Shown one piece after another: positions 1-11,980 of a DNA stretch of 64,000 nucleotides. How positions within the stretch are numbered: position 1 is the first letter of the stretch; each line of letters starts with the position of its first letter. The notes under the pieces are model-generated. The model made no database searches. It was not told the origin of the DNA and saw only the letters and a program-made list of their open reading frames with translations. A program made the position numbers and the translations under genes. Source of the stretch: Eledone cirrhosa (Eukaryota). The stretch is from positions 13,888,001 through 13,952,000 of the forward strand of contig OZ024759.1 of assembly GCA_964016885.1 (NCBI GenBank). Direction: 5' to 3'.

Positions 1-1190
1 TTTATAGACAGCTCCACCACAAGTTTGAAGGCTGTCCTCCTCCACAATGGAAACAAGTTCCCGACACTGCCCCTAGCTCATTCAGTCTACCTAAAGGAAG
101 ATTACTACAGTGTGAAAGTCCTCTTGGAAGCTCTGCAATACAACCAGTACAATTGGGAAATCATTGTAGACTTCAAGATGGTGGATTTCCTGCTTGGACT
201 CCAAGGAGGCTTTATCAAATTCCAATGCTTCCTCTGCCTTTGGGACAGCAGAGCCACCTCTGACCACTACAAAAGAAAGAACTGGGAGCAGCGAACAGAA
301 TTTGTAGTTGGGACCCGGAACGTCATGTGGGAGCCACTGGTTGATCCCAGGATTGTGCTCATGCCGCTACTGCACATTAAGTTGGGGTTGATGAAGCAGT
401 TTGTGAAGGCTCTCACCAAGAATCAGCCGCTTTTAAGTACCTTCTTGAGTTCTTCCCCAAGTTATCTGAGGCCAAAATCAAAGGTGGAATTTTTGTTGAA
501 CCTCAGATAAAGAAGGTGTTTGAGTCTACCGAGTTCTCCAATAAGCTCAATAGGATTGAGAGAACAGCATGGAACTGTTTCAAGGCAGTTGTTAATGGCT
601 TCCTGGGCAACTACAGAACTGAAAACTACCAGCAACTGGTGCAGGATCTGATAAAGGCTTTTGGCGCCATGGGATGCAGGATGTCGCTTAAATTCCATAT
701 GCTGGACGCTCGCCTGGAAAAATTCAAGGACAATATGGGCGCCTACTCAGAAGAACAAGGCGAACGATTCCACCAAGATGTGAAAGAGATAGAGCGGAGG
801 TACCAGGGCCACTACAATGAAAAAATGATGGGGAACTATATCTGGGGGCTAGTGCAGGAATGCGACCTAGACTACAACCGCAAATCCAGGAAATCCAGTC
901 ATTTCTGATGTGTATAAGTTGCTTTATAAGTGTTATTTGTTTTTAATTGTTTGCTTTTGATAAGCTTGTGTAATAAAATAAATATATACTCTGTTGATTT
1001 AATTATATGAACTGATAAATTTTAAAAAATTGTGTTTTTTCTTGAAAAATATGAAAATTTCGAAATATGAAACTCCTGACCACAAACCCAAACTTCTGAT
1101 TAAATAATAGTGTTTTTTTTATAATAATGGGATATAACAAACCAGGAAATGACACTTAGAACTGGGGAACAAAAAATATGTTACACAGTG
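1..1190 (+). mobile_element. Chapaev3-type (CMC) DNA transposon, 3' part with frameshifted transposase
   Basis: ORFs 25-510 and 516-908 carry KAVLLHNGN, CFLCLWDSRA, LHIKLGLMKQFVKAL, MSLK.H.L and SEEQGERFHQD motifs; ends ...TTACACAGTG followed by TAA (CACTG-type TIR, TWA target). Confidence 0.8.
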
Positions 1191-1394
1191 TAATTAAGAC
1201 AAATATTTCATCAGTAATTAATTACAACAAATATTTCATAATTAATTAATTAAGACAAATATTTCATCATTTCTGAGTTGAAATCCCGCCGAGGTTAACT
1301 TTGCCTTTCATCCTTACAGGGACGATAAAATAAACTACCAGTAATGTACTGGGTAATTGTTGGCCTTGTGCCAAAAGTAGAAACAATTAATTAA

Positions 1395-1614
1395 CCCTTT
1401 AATGTTCAAACCGGCCAAAACTGGCCAAAACCGGCCAGAATTCTCTACCTCTTTCTGTTGAAACTGGCCACTCATACTGATGTTAAGGTATTGTTCTCAA
1501 AATAAATACTTTCAAAATCTCATAGATTCGATATTATGTGAGATAATTATGCGAGGTAAAGCCTTTACCGTGAAAATATAATAGTATATATAGAGTAATG
1601 TGAATGCTAAAGGG
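1395..1614. mobile_element. piggyBac-like MITE
   Basis: TTAA|CCCTTTA...TAAAGGG|TTAA; related copies at 30360-30730 and 38187-38452. Confidence 0.75.
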
Positions 1615-1831
1615 TTAATCAATTAAGAGAAATATTTCAGCATTAACTAATTAATTAAGACAAATATTTCATTAGTAATTAATTACGACAAATATTTCAT
1701 AATTATTTCATTGAGACAAATTTTTCCTCATTAATTAATTAAGAAGGATATTTCACCTTTAATTAATTAAGACAAGTATTTCATCTTTAATTAATTAAAA
1801 CAAATATTTCACCATTAATTAATTAAGACAA

Positions 1832-1972
1832 AGGCGGTGGATTGGCAGTATCGGGAGAGGGTCAGACACCATGCTTTGATGCATAGAGTTACGGCCCTTG
1901 CCATTCTGAGTTCAAATCCCACCGAGGTTAACTTTGTCTTTCATCCTTACGGGGTTGAGAAAATAAAGTACC
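1832..1972 (+). mobile_element. tRNA-derived SINE family 2
   Basis: GGCGGTGGATTGGCAG head, GAGTTCAAATCC B-box, conserved body TTTGCCTTTCATCCTTACGGGG; many copies or fragments (1270, 3290, 19585, 30375, 36035, 36240, 45165, 45400, 45955, 48110). Confidence 0.75.
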
Positions 1973-2269
1973 TAAAAAAAGGTGAATCCCCTATCGATTT
2001 TTATCTGCAGAATGACCCCGGAATAAAAAAAACGATACGCTGATATATAGAAAACACTCCCCGATGACTAATCTATGAGCCTGTAAAGTATCATGAAAAT
2101 CGGTCGTAAGATAGGTAATACACAGACACACACATAGTTAATTTTATATACATACAGATATATATATATATAGTAATAATAATAAATTTGAAGACTAAAA
2201 CCCAAAGAGGGCTCGATAAGGATAAATATATATCAAATATATAAGAACCCTAGAGCAAATATTTATTAA

Positions 2270-3218
2270 GGGTGAAAGCAACGATTCTTTGCTTCAACTT
2301 TAATCTGTTATTTTAATAAATATATATATATGTATATGTTAGAACTATAGCAATATATATTAAGAGTGAAAGCAGCGATTCTTTGCTTAAACTTTAATCT
2401 GTTATTTTAATAAATATATATATATATGTATATGTTAGAACTATAGCAATATATATTAAGAGTGAAAGCAGCGATTCTTTGCTTAAACTTTAATCTGTTA
2501 TTTTAATAAATATATATATATATGTATATGTTAGAACTATAGCAATATATATTAAGAGTGAAAGCAGCGATTCTTTGCTTAAACTTTAATCTGTTATTTT
2601 AATAAATATATATATATATGTATATGTTAGAACTATAGCAATATATATTAAGAGTGAAAGCAGCGATTCTTTGCTTAAACTTTAATCTGTTATTTTAATA
2701 AATATATATATATGTATATGTTAGAATTATAGCAATATATATTAAGAGTGAAAGCAGTGATTCTTTGCTTAAACTTTAATCTGTTATTTTAATAAATATA
2801 TATATATATGTATATGTTAGAACTATAGCAATATATATTAAGAGTGAAAGCAGCGATTCTTTGCTTAAACTTTAATCTGTTATTTTAATAAATATATATA
2901 TATATGTATATGTTAGAACTATAGCAATATATATTAAGAGTGAAAGCAGCGATTCTTTGCTTAAACTTTAATCTGTTATTTTAATAAATATATATATGTA
3001 TATGTTAGAACTATAGCAATATATATTAAGAGTGAAAGCAGCGATTCTTTGCTTAAACTTTAATCTGTTATTTTAATAAATATATATATATGTATATGTT
3101 AGAACTATAGCAATATATATTAAGAGTGAAAGCAGCGATTCTTTGCTTAAACTTTAATCTGTTATTTTAATAAATATATATATATATGTATATGTTAGAA
3201 CTATAACAATATATATTG
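2270..3218. repeat. Tandem repeat, ~92-96 bp unit, ~10 copies
   Basis: GTGAAAGCAGCGATTCTTTGCTTAAACTTTAATCTG recurs at 2272, 2366, 2462 ... 3126; the same motif occurs singly at ~8184 and ~34631. Confidence 0.9.
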
Positions 3219-3503
3219 CTAATGTAATGTAAGTAATATTTTAATGTTCTACTTGATTATATGTTTTTTTTTAATGCAAGATATTTATAATTGTTTCTAC
3301 ATTTGGCACAAGGCCAGCAATTATCCTGGTGCATTACTGGTACTTTATTTTATTGACACCGTAAGGATGAAAGGCAAAGCTAACCTTGGCGGAATATTAA
3401 TAATGTTGTACCTATAACAATATCTTTATTAGTTCCAAATTTACATTGAGGGGTTGTGGCTAACAAGTCAATATTTTTATTTATTGATATAATTATATTG
3501 TAC

Positions 3504-3681
<178 letters not shown>

Positions 3682-4153
3682 GTATAAATACAGTATTAGG
3701 AAAAGCTAAGCAAGAAGAAAAGAGAGGTTTATTACATTATATTATCTAACACGTCTTTCATAACTGTTACACGATCATGTATGAGAGCTAAATAGAAGTA
3801 AGTTTTGCTTTATACACTCACTCACATTATGTATGTGTTCAGTGAATCACCAGAGAGAAATGAAATAGTTGATAATGTACTATTGCAAATATATTTGTGT
3901 ACAAAGGGAAGGAGGAGGAATTGTAGTGAATAAAACCAATAGCCTGTTAGTATCGTTAATGTTGCCAAAATGGTTGAAAATAATTTTTTATATAGTTCAA
4001 AGAAGACCATTTTTGGAAATGGGGGTGGCAGTTGTAATCATGCACCATACTCAATGATTCAACATCCAGATACTTATGTTACATAACTCCACTCACCATA
4101 TTCAATCCACACAAAATAGGAAATAACCAGCATAGAGGAGAAACTTCTTTATC

Positions 4154-4184
<31 letters not shown>

Positions 4185-4332
4185 TAATTGGCTTTGAAAA
4201 TGTTTATTTATAAACATACCGTATATCTTTAGATATACAAATTTCACATACATATTTGTCTACAGCTATGTCAAAGCTAAATTTTAAATATATATATATA
4301 GAAGTGGTAACACAACGGTTAGTTCACCATAC

Positions 4333-4370
4333 CGAGAACAATTGTTTCACCTTAGCGGATCCTCAGCTCG
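4333..4370 (-). ncRNA. Type I hammerhead ribozyme-like motif (Penelope-type)
   Basis: CGAG-CUGAGGA-UCCGCUAAGGU-GAA-ACAAUUGU-U-CUCG: stem I CGAG/CUCG, palindromic stem III. Confidence 0.55.
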
Positions 4371-4599
4371 TAAATGTCATGGTTATACGGAATAGGCCTA
4401 TTCCGTATAACCATGACCATTATGAGCTGAGGATCCACTAAGGTGAACTAACTGTTGTGTTACCACTTCTACTTAACTCGTCCCATGGACTGAATGCTCT
4501 ACCACTACGGATATTACCTTCCAGTGTTCTACCTCTCTCTCTCTCTATATATATATATATATGTATATATACAATATACTATAATATATATATATATAT

Positions 4600-5465
4600 A
4601 TTCCCCTAGGAACTATAAAAAATCCAGAGATAGGAAATACTTATGGTTCAACCCAATATTTAACCCCTCTATAAAAACCAAACTACCTTCTACATTCTTT
4701 AAACTAATTGACAAGCACTTCCCTAAACTTCACAAATACCATAAAATCTTTAATAGAAATATTATCAAACTATCTTACTCTACTGCAGCCAACATAGTAT
4801 CACACATACATAAAATTAACTATAGAAGAATCTCTAATGAAAATAACCTACCAACAAACACCATAACACCAAATACAAAACACAAACACATAACAACATC
4901 GCAACCACACACACGTCAGAACGCATCACAACAAAACATCAACAAACCCAATTCTCAGCCCATACATAACAACATACAAAACCGTATCGAAGAACTGGCA
5001 CACAGGAAGGCCTCAAAATGTAACTGTCACTTACCAGATAAGTGCCCACTACAAAATAGATACCTGGAGTTAAATATAGTGTACCTGTGTACTATAAATT
5101 CAGGCAACTTAGCGTGACACTACATAGGTTCTATGGTTGGGGAGTTCAAAAAAAGATGGTACGTCCACAGACATTCTATAAAGAACTGTAGACTAATGAA
5201 CACAACAACACTCCCCAATAAAATCTGGCAGCTTAAAGATACAAACCAAGAATATGGGATTAGCTGGTTGAAACTGTCGGGGGCAAAGGCCTACAAAAAT
5301 GGAATGTTCCACTGCGGACTTTGCAATATAGAGTTGCTCCATATTTTAAAGTACGACAAAAGGCTGCTTAACAGCAAAATAGAACGGTCAATTTTCTGTA
5401 GGCATAATTTGTTAATTTCAAACCAACATGATTCGATCCAGCAATCCCATTATTCAAACTGAACC
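4600..5465 (+). mobile_element. Penelope-like element fragment (GIY-YIG endonuclease end), degenerate
   Basis: WFNP.F...IFNRN.IKLSYS, CNC...CPL, NIVY.C...YIG...FKKRW..H, CGLC..E motifs; in-frame stop at 5115-5117. Confidence 0.8.
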
Positions 5466-7087
5466 ATTATAATAACCCATTATTATGTACTAGTAATGTA
5501 CTAGGTAATTGCTGGCCTTGTGCCAAAAGTAGAAACAATTATTATTAACTGTCAATAGATCAACTAATCACTGAATCAACATCATAACCTCCTAACCTTT
5601 CTTTCTTCCACTCTCTTTCCCGAAAACTATTTCACCTCTTCCATTATATCCTATCATGTTCTCTTCAACTCTCACATAACTTCCAATTTATTAATTTATT
5701 CTTTATTTAGCACTGTACTATTTCTTCATAATATAATTTAACCAATACATGTGTGTGTGTTTGATGTTTTCATGTTTATACCATCACATCTTTATACTTT
5801 GACCACCACCACAACTGTTTTCGACAATCATATGATCACTTTTTTTCACACACACATATATTTTTTTACTTATTTTTTATCATCTCCCTTCTAACTTATT
5901 ATTATTTATTTATGTTTTATTTTTTTATTTTTCTCTCTCTCTTTTTCTTTTTTCTTCTTGCTTTATTATTGATGTTGTGATTTGAATTTTCCTAGTATAT
6001 TACAAACGCCATGTATAATTTTAACCAGTTATTCCGATGATTTGATTAGGCATACATTGTATTTAAAATTTAGGGACACAACTTCAAGTGATTACAATTT
6101 TTAGACACCCTAATCAATGAAACAATTGTTAATACTGTAAATAAAACCCTTTTTGTACTGTTAACCATGTTATTCTTCACTCTTTCACTATACAATATAA
6201 TATATATATATATCTCCAGATTACTCAGCTGTAGAAATGAGATGATAGGACTGGTGTCCTTATCATTCCACTGCAAAGTGGTTGTGGTAGTGCCACGGCA
6301 AAAAAGCACCCAGCACTCACTGTAAATGAGATTGGTGATAGGAAGGGCATCCAGCTGTAGAAATCAAGCCATATTCAGTTCCATATGAGCAAGGCATGGT
6401 CACCTGACCTGACATTGCCCACAACAGGACAACCCGTCTAACCCATGCTAGCGTGGAAGAATAGACGTAAAACGTTGATGATGATGATGATGATGATGAT
6501 ATATATATATATATATATATATATTATACATATATAATATAACCAAATTAAAAGATATATGTTTATATAGAGAGAGAAAGGGCCATATATCGTAAAAGAA
6601 ACAAGGTATATTCTATATATACCAAATACATATTCTGTAGAAGAATATGTATACAGGTGGGATTATAAGTGAAACCTTATAGCACTGTTTCATACCCGGA
6701 AAAATCAATCTATATAATCGATCATTGAAGACAAACTATCAATTATGATTAAACCACACGAGACTCAGGTACTCATCAGAGGTCTAGTCTCACCATTCTA
6801 AAGGAAATATAGAATGAAGATGGTAAATAAATCAATATACCTGTGAATATCTACAGCTAAGTCCAACATGTCCATCATGTTGAGAAGCACATGGTGTAAT
6901 GACGTTTTAAACCTAAGGCGAATAGATATCCACACGGTGGACGATAACTCTGCTAGAAACAGGAGCGGTAATTATAGCCACCAAGCTCAACAAGTTAAGA
7001 ACAGAAATAAATATTTCAATATAATATATCACATATAACATATCACATATAAGACAGATTAGTTCATTAATTTAGAAGTCGTCTTAC

Positions 7088-7185
7088 CTGGATCTCCACA
7101 AGCTTTACTGTAGCTCTCAAAATAATCATTCATTTTCTTAAAACCCATTTTATTGATATCATCTTGGAGGGCAGTACTACCAAAT
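7088..7185 (-). CDS. INPP4A: INPP4 exon (98 nt, 2->1): [32 protein letters not shown]
   Basis: gtctctag / CAG|gtaaga; similar to [25 protein letters not shown]. Confidence 0.93.
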
Positions 7186-8079
7186 CTAGAGACACACATG
7201 AAATAAACCAGCATTACACAATATTCTGAATCAAAGTTGTTCTATCCATGACCAACCCACACTATAAAATCTGAAAAGGGGCATACATTTTTGAATAAAT
7301 TTTTTTATTATTGTTTAACATCCATTTTTCCATGTTTGCATGGGTTAGACATGTCATATTATGAAATAAGTCACTTCCAGAAACCACACCTTGCTCATAA
7401 TGCATTTGTATTTTGGCTTTGTTCCTATGACTGGATGCCCTTTCTAATGCCAACCATGTTACAGGATGGACATGGTGATTTTTATCAGGACCAAAATAAC
7501 CATCTAACAGGGTGGACTGGGTGCTTTTTGCTATATCCCCAACACAACCACTTTACAAGGTAGATTGAGTGCTTTTATCGTGTCACCAACATGATCACCT
7601 CACAGGGTGGACTGGGTGCTTTATATCGTGTCACCAACACAACCACTTTACAGTGTAATCAAGGTGCTTTTTGTCGTGTCACAAGAACAACAAGTTACAG
7701 GGTGGATTGAGTGCTTTTTGTCATGTCACTAGCACCTTACAGAGTGGATAGGGCACTTTTAGTCATGCCCTAAATAAATAAATAGATAGATAAACAAACA
7801 AATAAATAAACCGAAAATGGGGGGTAGTCTTACTTTTCAGCCAAGGTAGCAAGTTCATTGATTCCGATATTGAAGTAAGATGTTGAAACACTGATGTGCT
7901 GACCACTTTGAAGTTTGCTGGGAAGCTTATCAAACATATGACTCAACAGAGGTATACAAACCACCACTGAATGTCTGCAACAGAAACAAAAATATCTTAT
8001 TTAATGTATCTATATATATATATATATATAGTAATAATAATAAATGTGAAGACTAAAATCCAAAGAGGGCTCGATAAGG

Positions 8080-8117
<38 letters not shown>

Positions 8118-9275
8118 TATAAAAACCATAGAGCAAATATTTATTAAAATAACAGATTAAAGTTTCAAAAGATCCCGTTAAGGGTGAAAGCAGCGATTCT
8201 TTGCTTAAACTTTAATCTGTTATTTTAATAAATATATATATACTTATATATATATGGTTCTTTTCAGTGGCTGATAATACCTTACCAGCGCCACTCAAAT
8301 AAGGTAATTATTTAACCCATAAATGGGGCCCTAACAAGTACTACTACTACTCCAAGCCTGGGAGTGATAACAACTAAGGGGTAACTCCATATTCCCCACA
8401 GATCCTGAACTCCCGAACTGGAGCCTTGCCACTGGATGTAGTTTAATGTCATAACCTAGGTCTCTTGTAGACGCAAGACATGGCAACAATGATGAAGGAC
8501 AGAGACCACTGGAGAGAACTCGTTCATGGATCTCGGGAATTTTACCCGCCCTAGATAGCATTAAATAGATATATATATATTTCGTTTTTGAATTTGTTCT
8601 GCAAGATTTCTTATCTGAAAACGAGTGTTGAAACAGATATTGTTATACTTTGGGAGGGTCATGTTGCCAATAAGAAACACATGCACCTGTTGGTTTTCAC
8701 TTCAATTCATTATAAATTTCTAATTGGTTGGTTCGATAACTGGATGGTAGTTTATATATTGTCAAAGCGCTTTCGTCACACATTCTGTGACCTCCTCAGT
8801 GATTAGGTTTTTATTTTGTGTCCCTCCTATGTTCTGTCCTACACCATCAAAATCAAGATGATGTAGGACAGAACAAAATAATCACCTAGTCACTGAGGAG
8901 GTCCCAGAATGTGTGACAAAAGAGCTTTGACAATATGTAAACAACTATCCGGTTATTGAACCAACCAACCAACCAACCAATCAGAAATTTATAATAAATT
9001 GAAGTGAAAACCAACTGGTAGATGTGTTTTTATTGGCAGCATGACCCTCCCAAAATATAACAATATATATATATATATATATATATAGGGGAATGGTAAA
9101 GACCCCCCTTCAGTCATGAAACACCATGGAATTTGTACCTAGAAAGTTGCCTTCCAAGGCACAAGTCCGGGCAAGGTTGTTTGTGGAAGACCAGTAGTTG
9201 CCTCACCTGGACCAAGAATCGAACACACACACACGATTGTAAGCCCTATGCTTGTCACTAAGCCATGCATCTTCG

Positions 9276-9319
<44 letters not shown>

Positions 9320-10069
9320 TATGTGTGTGTGTCTGTAAGAAAGTAAGGTATTTTTAAATGTCCCACACGGGTAAAAATATAAGGAAAAGAAATTGAAAAT
9401 GTAACTAGAGTCTTTTAAGAATATTTATTTACTTTACCGGTTTCACAGTTCTTATGATTTTCAAACGTAAAATTGAGATGGAGGGTTTGTGTTTTTGTTG
9501 TGGTTTGTCTTGCATCTAACTGGAGTTCGAAAATTCTTTCTGTTTTATACGAAACAGTGGCTCAGATTGCTATTTCTTTAAGATGTAATTTGGTTGGTTG
9601 ATGATAGTTACGTAATTAGGTAAAGTGAATTTTGTACCAGAAAAGGTGGCTCAAAATTTCTTTTTGCCATTTTATTTGTTGGTACCACATGTGATTAGGA
9701 ATAGACATTTTTGGCACATAAATTACTATACCTAATGTGACTGTCATCAACCAACCAAATTACATTGGTACCTGACGGTCTTTAGGCTGCTTTTTCTAGC
9801 AACATTATAATACACGTTGTATTATATCCTTGGCTTTGGAAACAGTATGTATTATCTTGTTTCATTTCCCTTAAACTTGAAGAATTCTAACTTCCTTGAA
9901 GAGCATGGTGGATTCTTCAATTATTGGTGGTTCCAATAATAATCCTCCCCCATATGAAACCATAGTAGGGAGATCTATATATAAGCGAAGTTAGATAGAA
10001 AAGTCTTTTTCGTCTATCTTGTTTATACTTCCAGAATTAAAGTTTTTTCTCATTTGATTTTAATATATA

Positions 10070-10140
<71 letters not shown>

Positions 10141-10317
10141 GAAAACATAAGAAGGTCGATTTAAAATATCTTCCTTAAATGTTGCACAGTTACATAATAT
10201 GTATTTCATGGTCTGATGACCCATGGCGTAAGACAATTAGCGACATAATTAGATGTAATGAACATAAAAGATTTAGTTCAGTAATTCTTTCTGTGTTACA
10301 GCATGATATAAACAGAG

Positions 10318-10363
<46 letters not shown>

Positions 10364-11229
10364 TATGTATTTGTGTGTGCATATATATACATATATATAC
10401 CTGCCGTCACGCAGTAATACAAAAGACCAGACTTCCCACGGGAACAAGTCAAAGCCAAAGCATATAGGCAATATGCCCCCATACCTTCCCACTGCAAGGT
10501 GGTCGTGGAGGTGCCACGGCAAAAAAGCACCCAGCCCACACTGTAAAGTGGACGTGTAGGCGCCACGGAAAAAAAGAACCCAGCACTCACTGTAAATGAG
10601 GTTGGTGTTAGGAAGGGCATCCAGCTGTAGAAATCAAGCCAGAATCAGTTTCTGTATGAGCAAGACAAGGTCAGCCAACCTAACATTGTCCAAAACAGGA
10701 CAACCCGTCTAACCCATGCTAGCGTGGAAGAATCGACGTGTGATGATGATGGTGATGTGTGTGTATATATATATAAATGTACGTATATATACATATACAT
10801 ATATATATATATATATATATCATCAGCATCATCATCACCGTTTTACGTCCATTCTTCCACGCTAGCATGGGTTAGACCGGTTGTCCTGTTGTGGGCAGTG
10901 TCTGGTCGGCTGACCATTCCTTGCTCATACAGGAAGTGATGTTGGCTTGATTTCTACAGCTGGATGCCCTTCCTAACACCAACCTCATTTACAGTGAGTG
11001 CTGGGTGCTTTTTCCGTGGCGCCTACACGTCCACCCTACAGTGTGGGCTGGGTGCTTTTTTGCCGTGGCACCTCCACGACCACCTTGCAGTGGGAGGGTG
11101 TGAGGGCATATTGTCTATATGCTTCAGCTTGTACCCATGGGAGGTCGGGTACGCTGTATTACTGCGTGACGCCAGAGGTCATGGTCGTGTGTCATCGCCT
11201 TTGAGAGGTGTAAGGTCGGCTTTTATTTG

Positions 11230-11268
<39 letters not shown>

Positions 11269-11332
11269 CTGTATATATATATATATGTGTGTATATATAT
11301 ATGTGTGTGTATATATATATGTGTATATATAT

Positions 11333-11365
<33 letters not shown>

Positions 11366-11947
11366 ATGTGTGTGTATATATATATGTGTGTGTGTGTGTA
11401 TATACATATATATGTGTGAATATATATTACAATTGTTTCTCAGGCGAACAGCTTGAGGTACGATTATACTCTGCTCCAAAGGGGCATAGAGTGCTCAACC
11501 GGTATACCACCTATGGACGCATCCAAGCAACCTTACTTCAAATATATGTGAATATATATATATATATGGAGGCACATGGCTTAGTGGTTAGAGCATTGGC
11601 CTTGCAATCGAAAGGTTGTGAGTTCAATTCTCAGACCGGGTGATGTGTTGTTTCCTTGAGCAAGAGACTTTATTTCACATTGCTCCAGTTTACTCAGCTG
11701 TAGAAATGAGATGATAGGGACTGGGGTCCCTATCATTCCACTGCAAAGTGGTCGTGGAGGTGTCACGGCAAAAAAGCACCCAGCACTCACTGTAAATGAG
11801 GTTGGTGTTAGGAAGGGCATCCAGCTGTAGAAATCAAGCCAGAATCAGTTCCCGTCCCACCCTTGCAAGCAGGGAAAAGCGGACGTAAAATGAAATGATG
11901 ATGATGAATGATGATATAAGTGTGTGTGTATATATACATATATATAT

Positions 11948-11980
<33 letters not shown>

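Noticed and set aside
3822-4057. Short ORFs as the INPP4 catalytic exon
   Set aside because: No CX5R (CKSAKDRT) motif or other INPP4 similarity.
11568-11640. tRNA gene
   Set aside because: The A/B boxes continue into a repeated SINE body and LINE-like tail; no complete acceptor stem.
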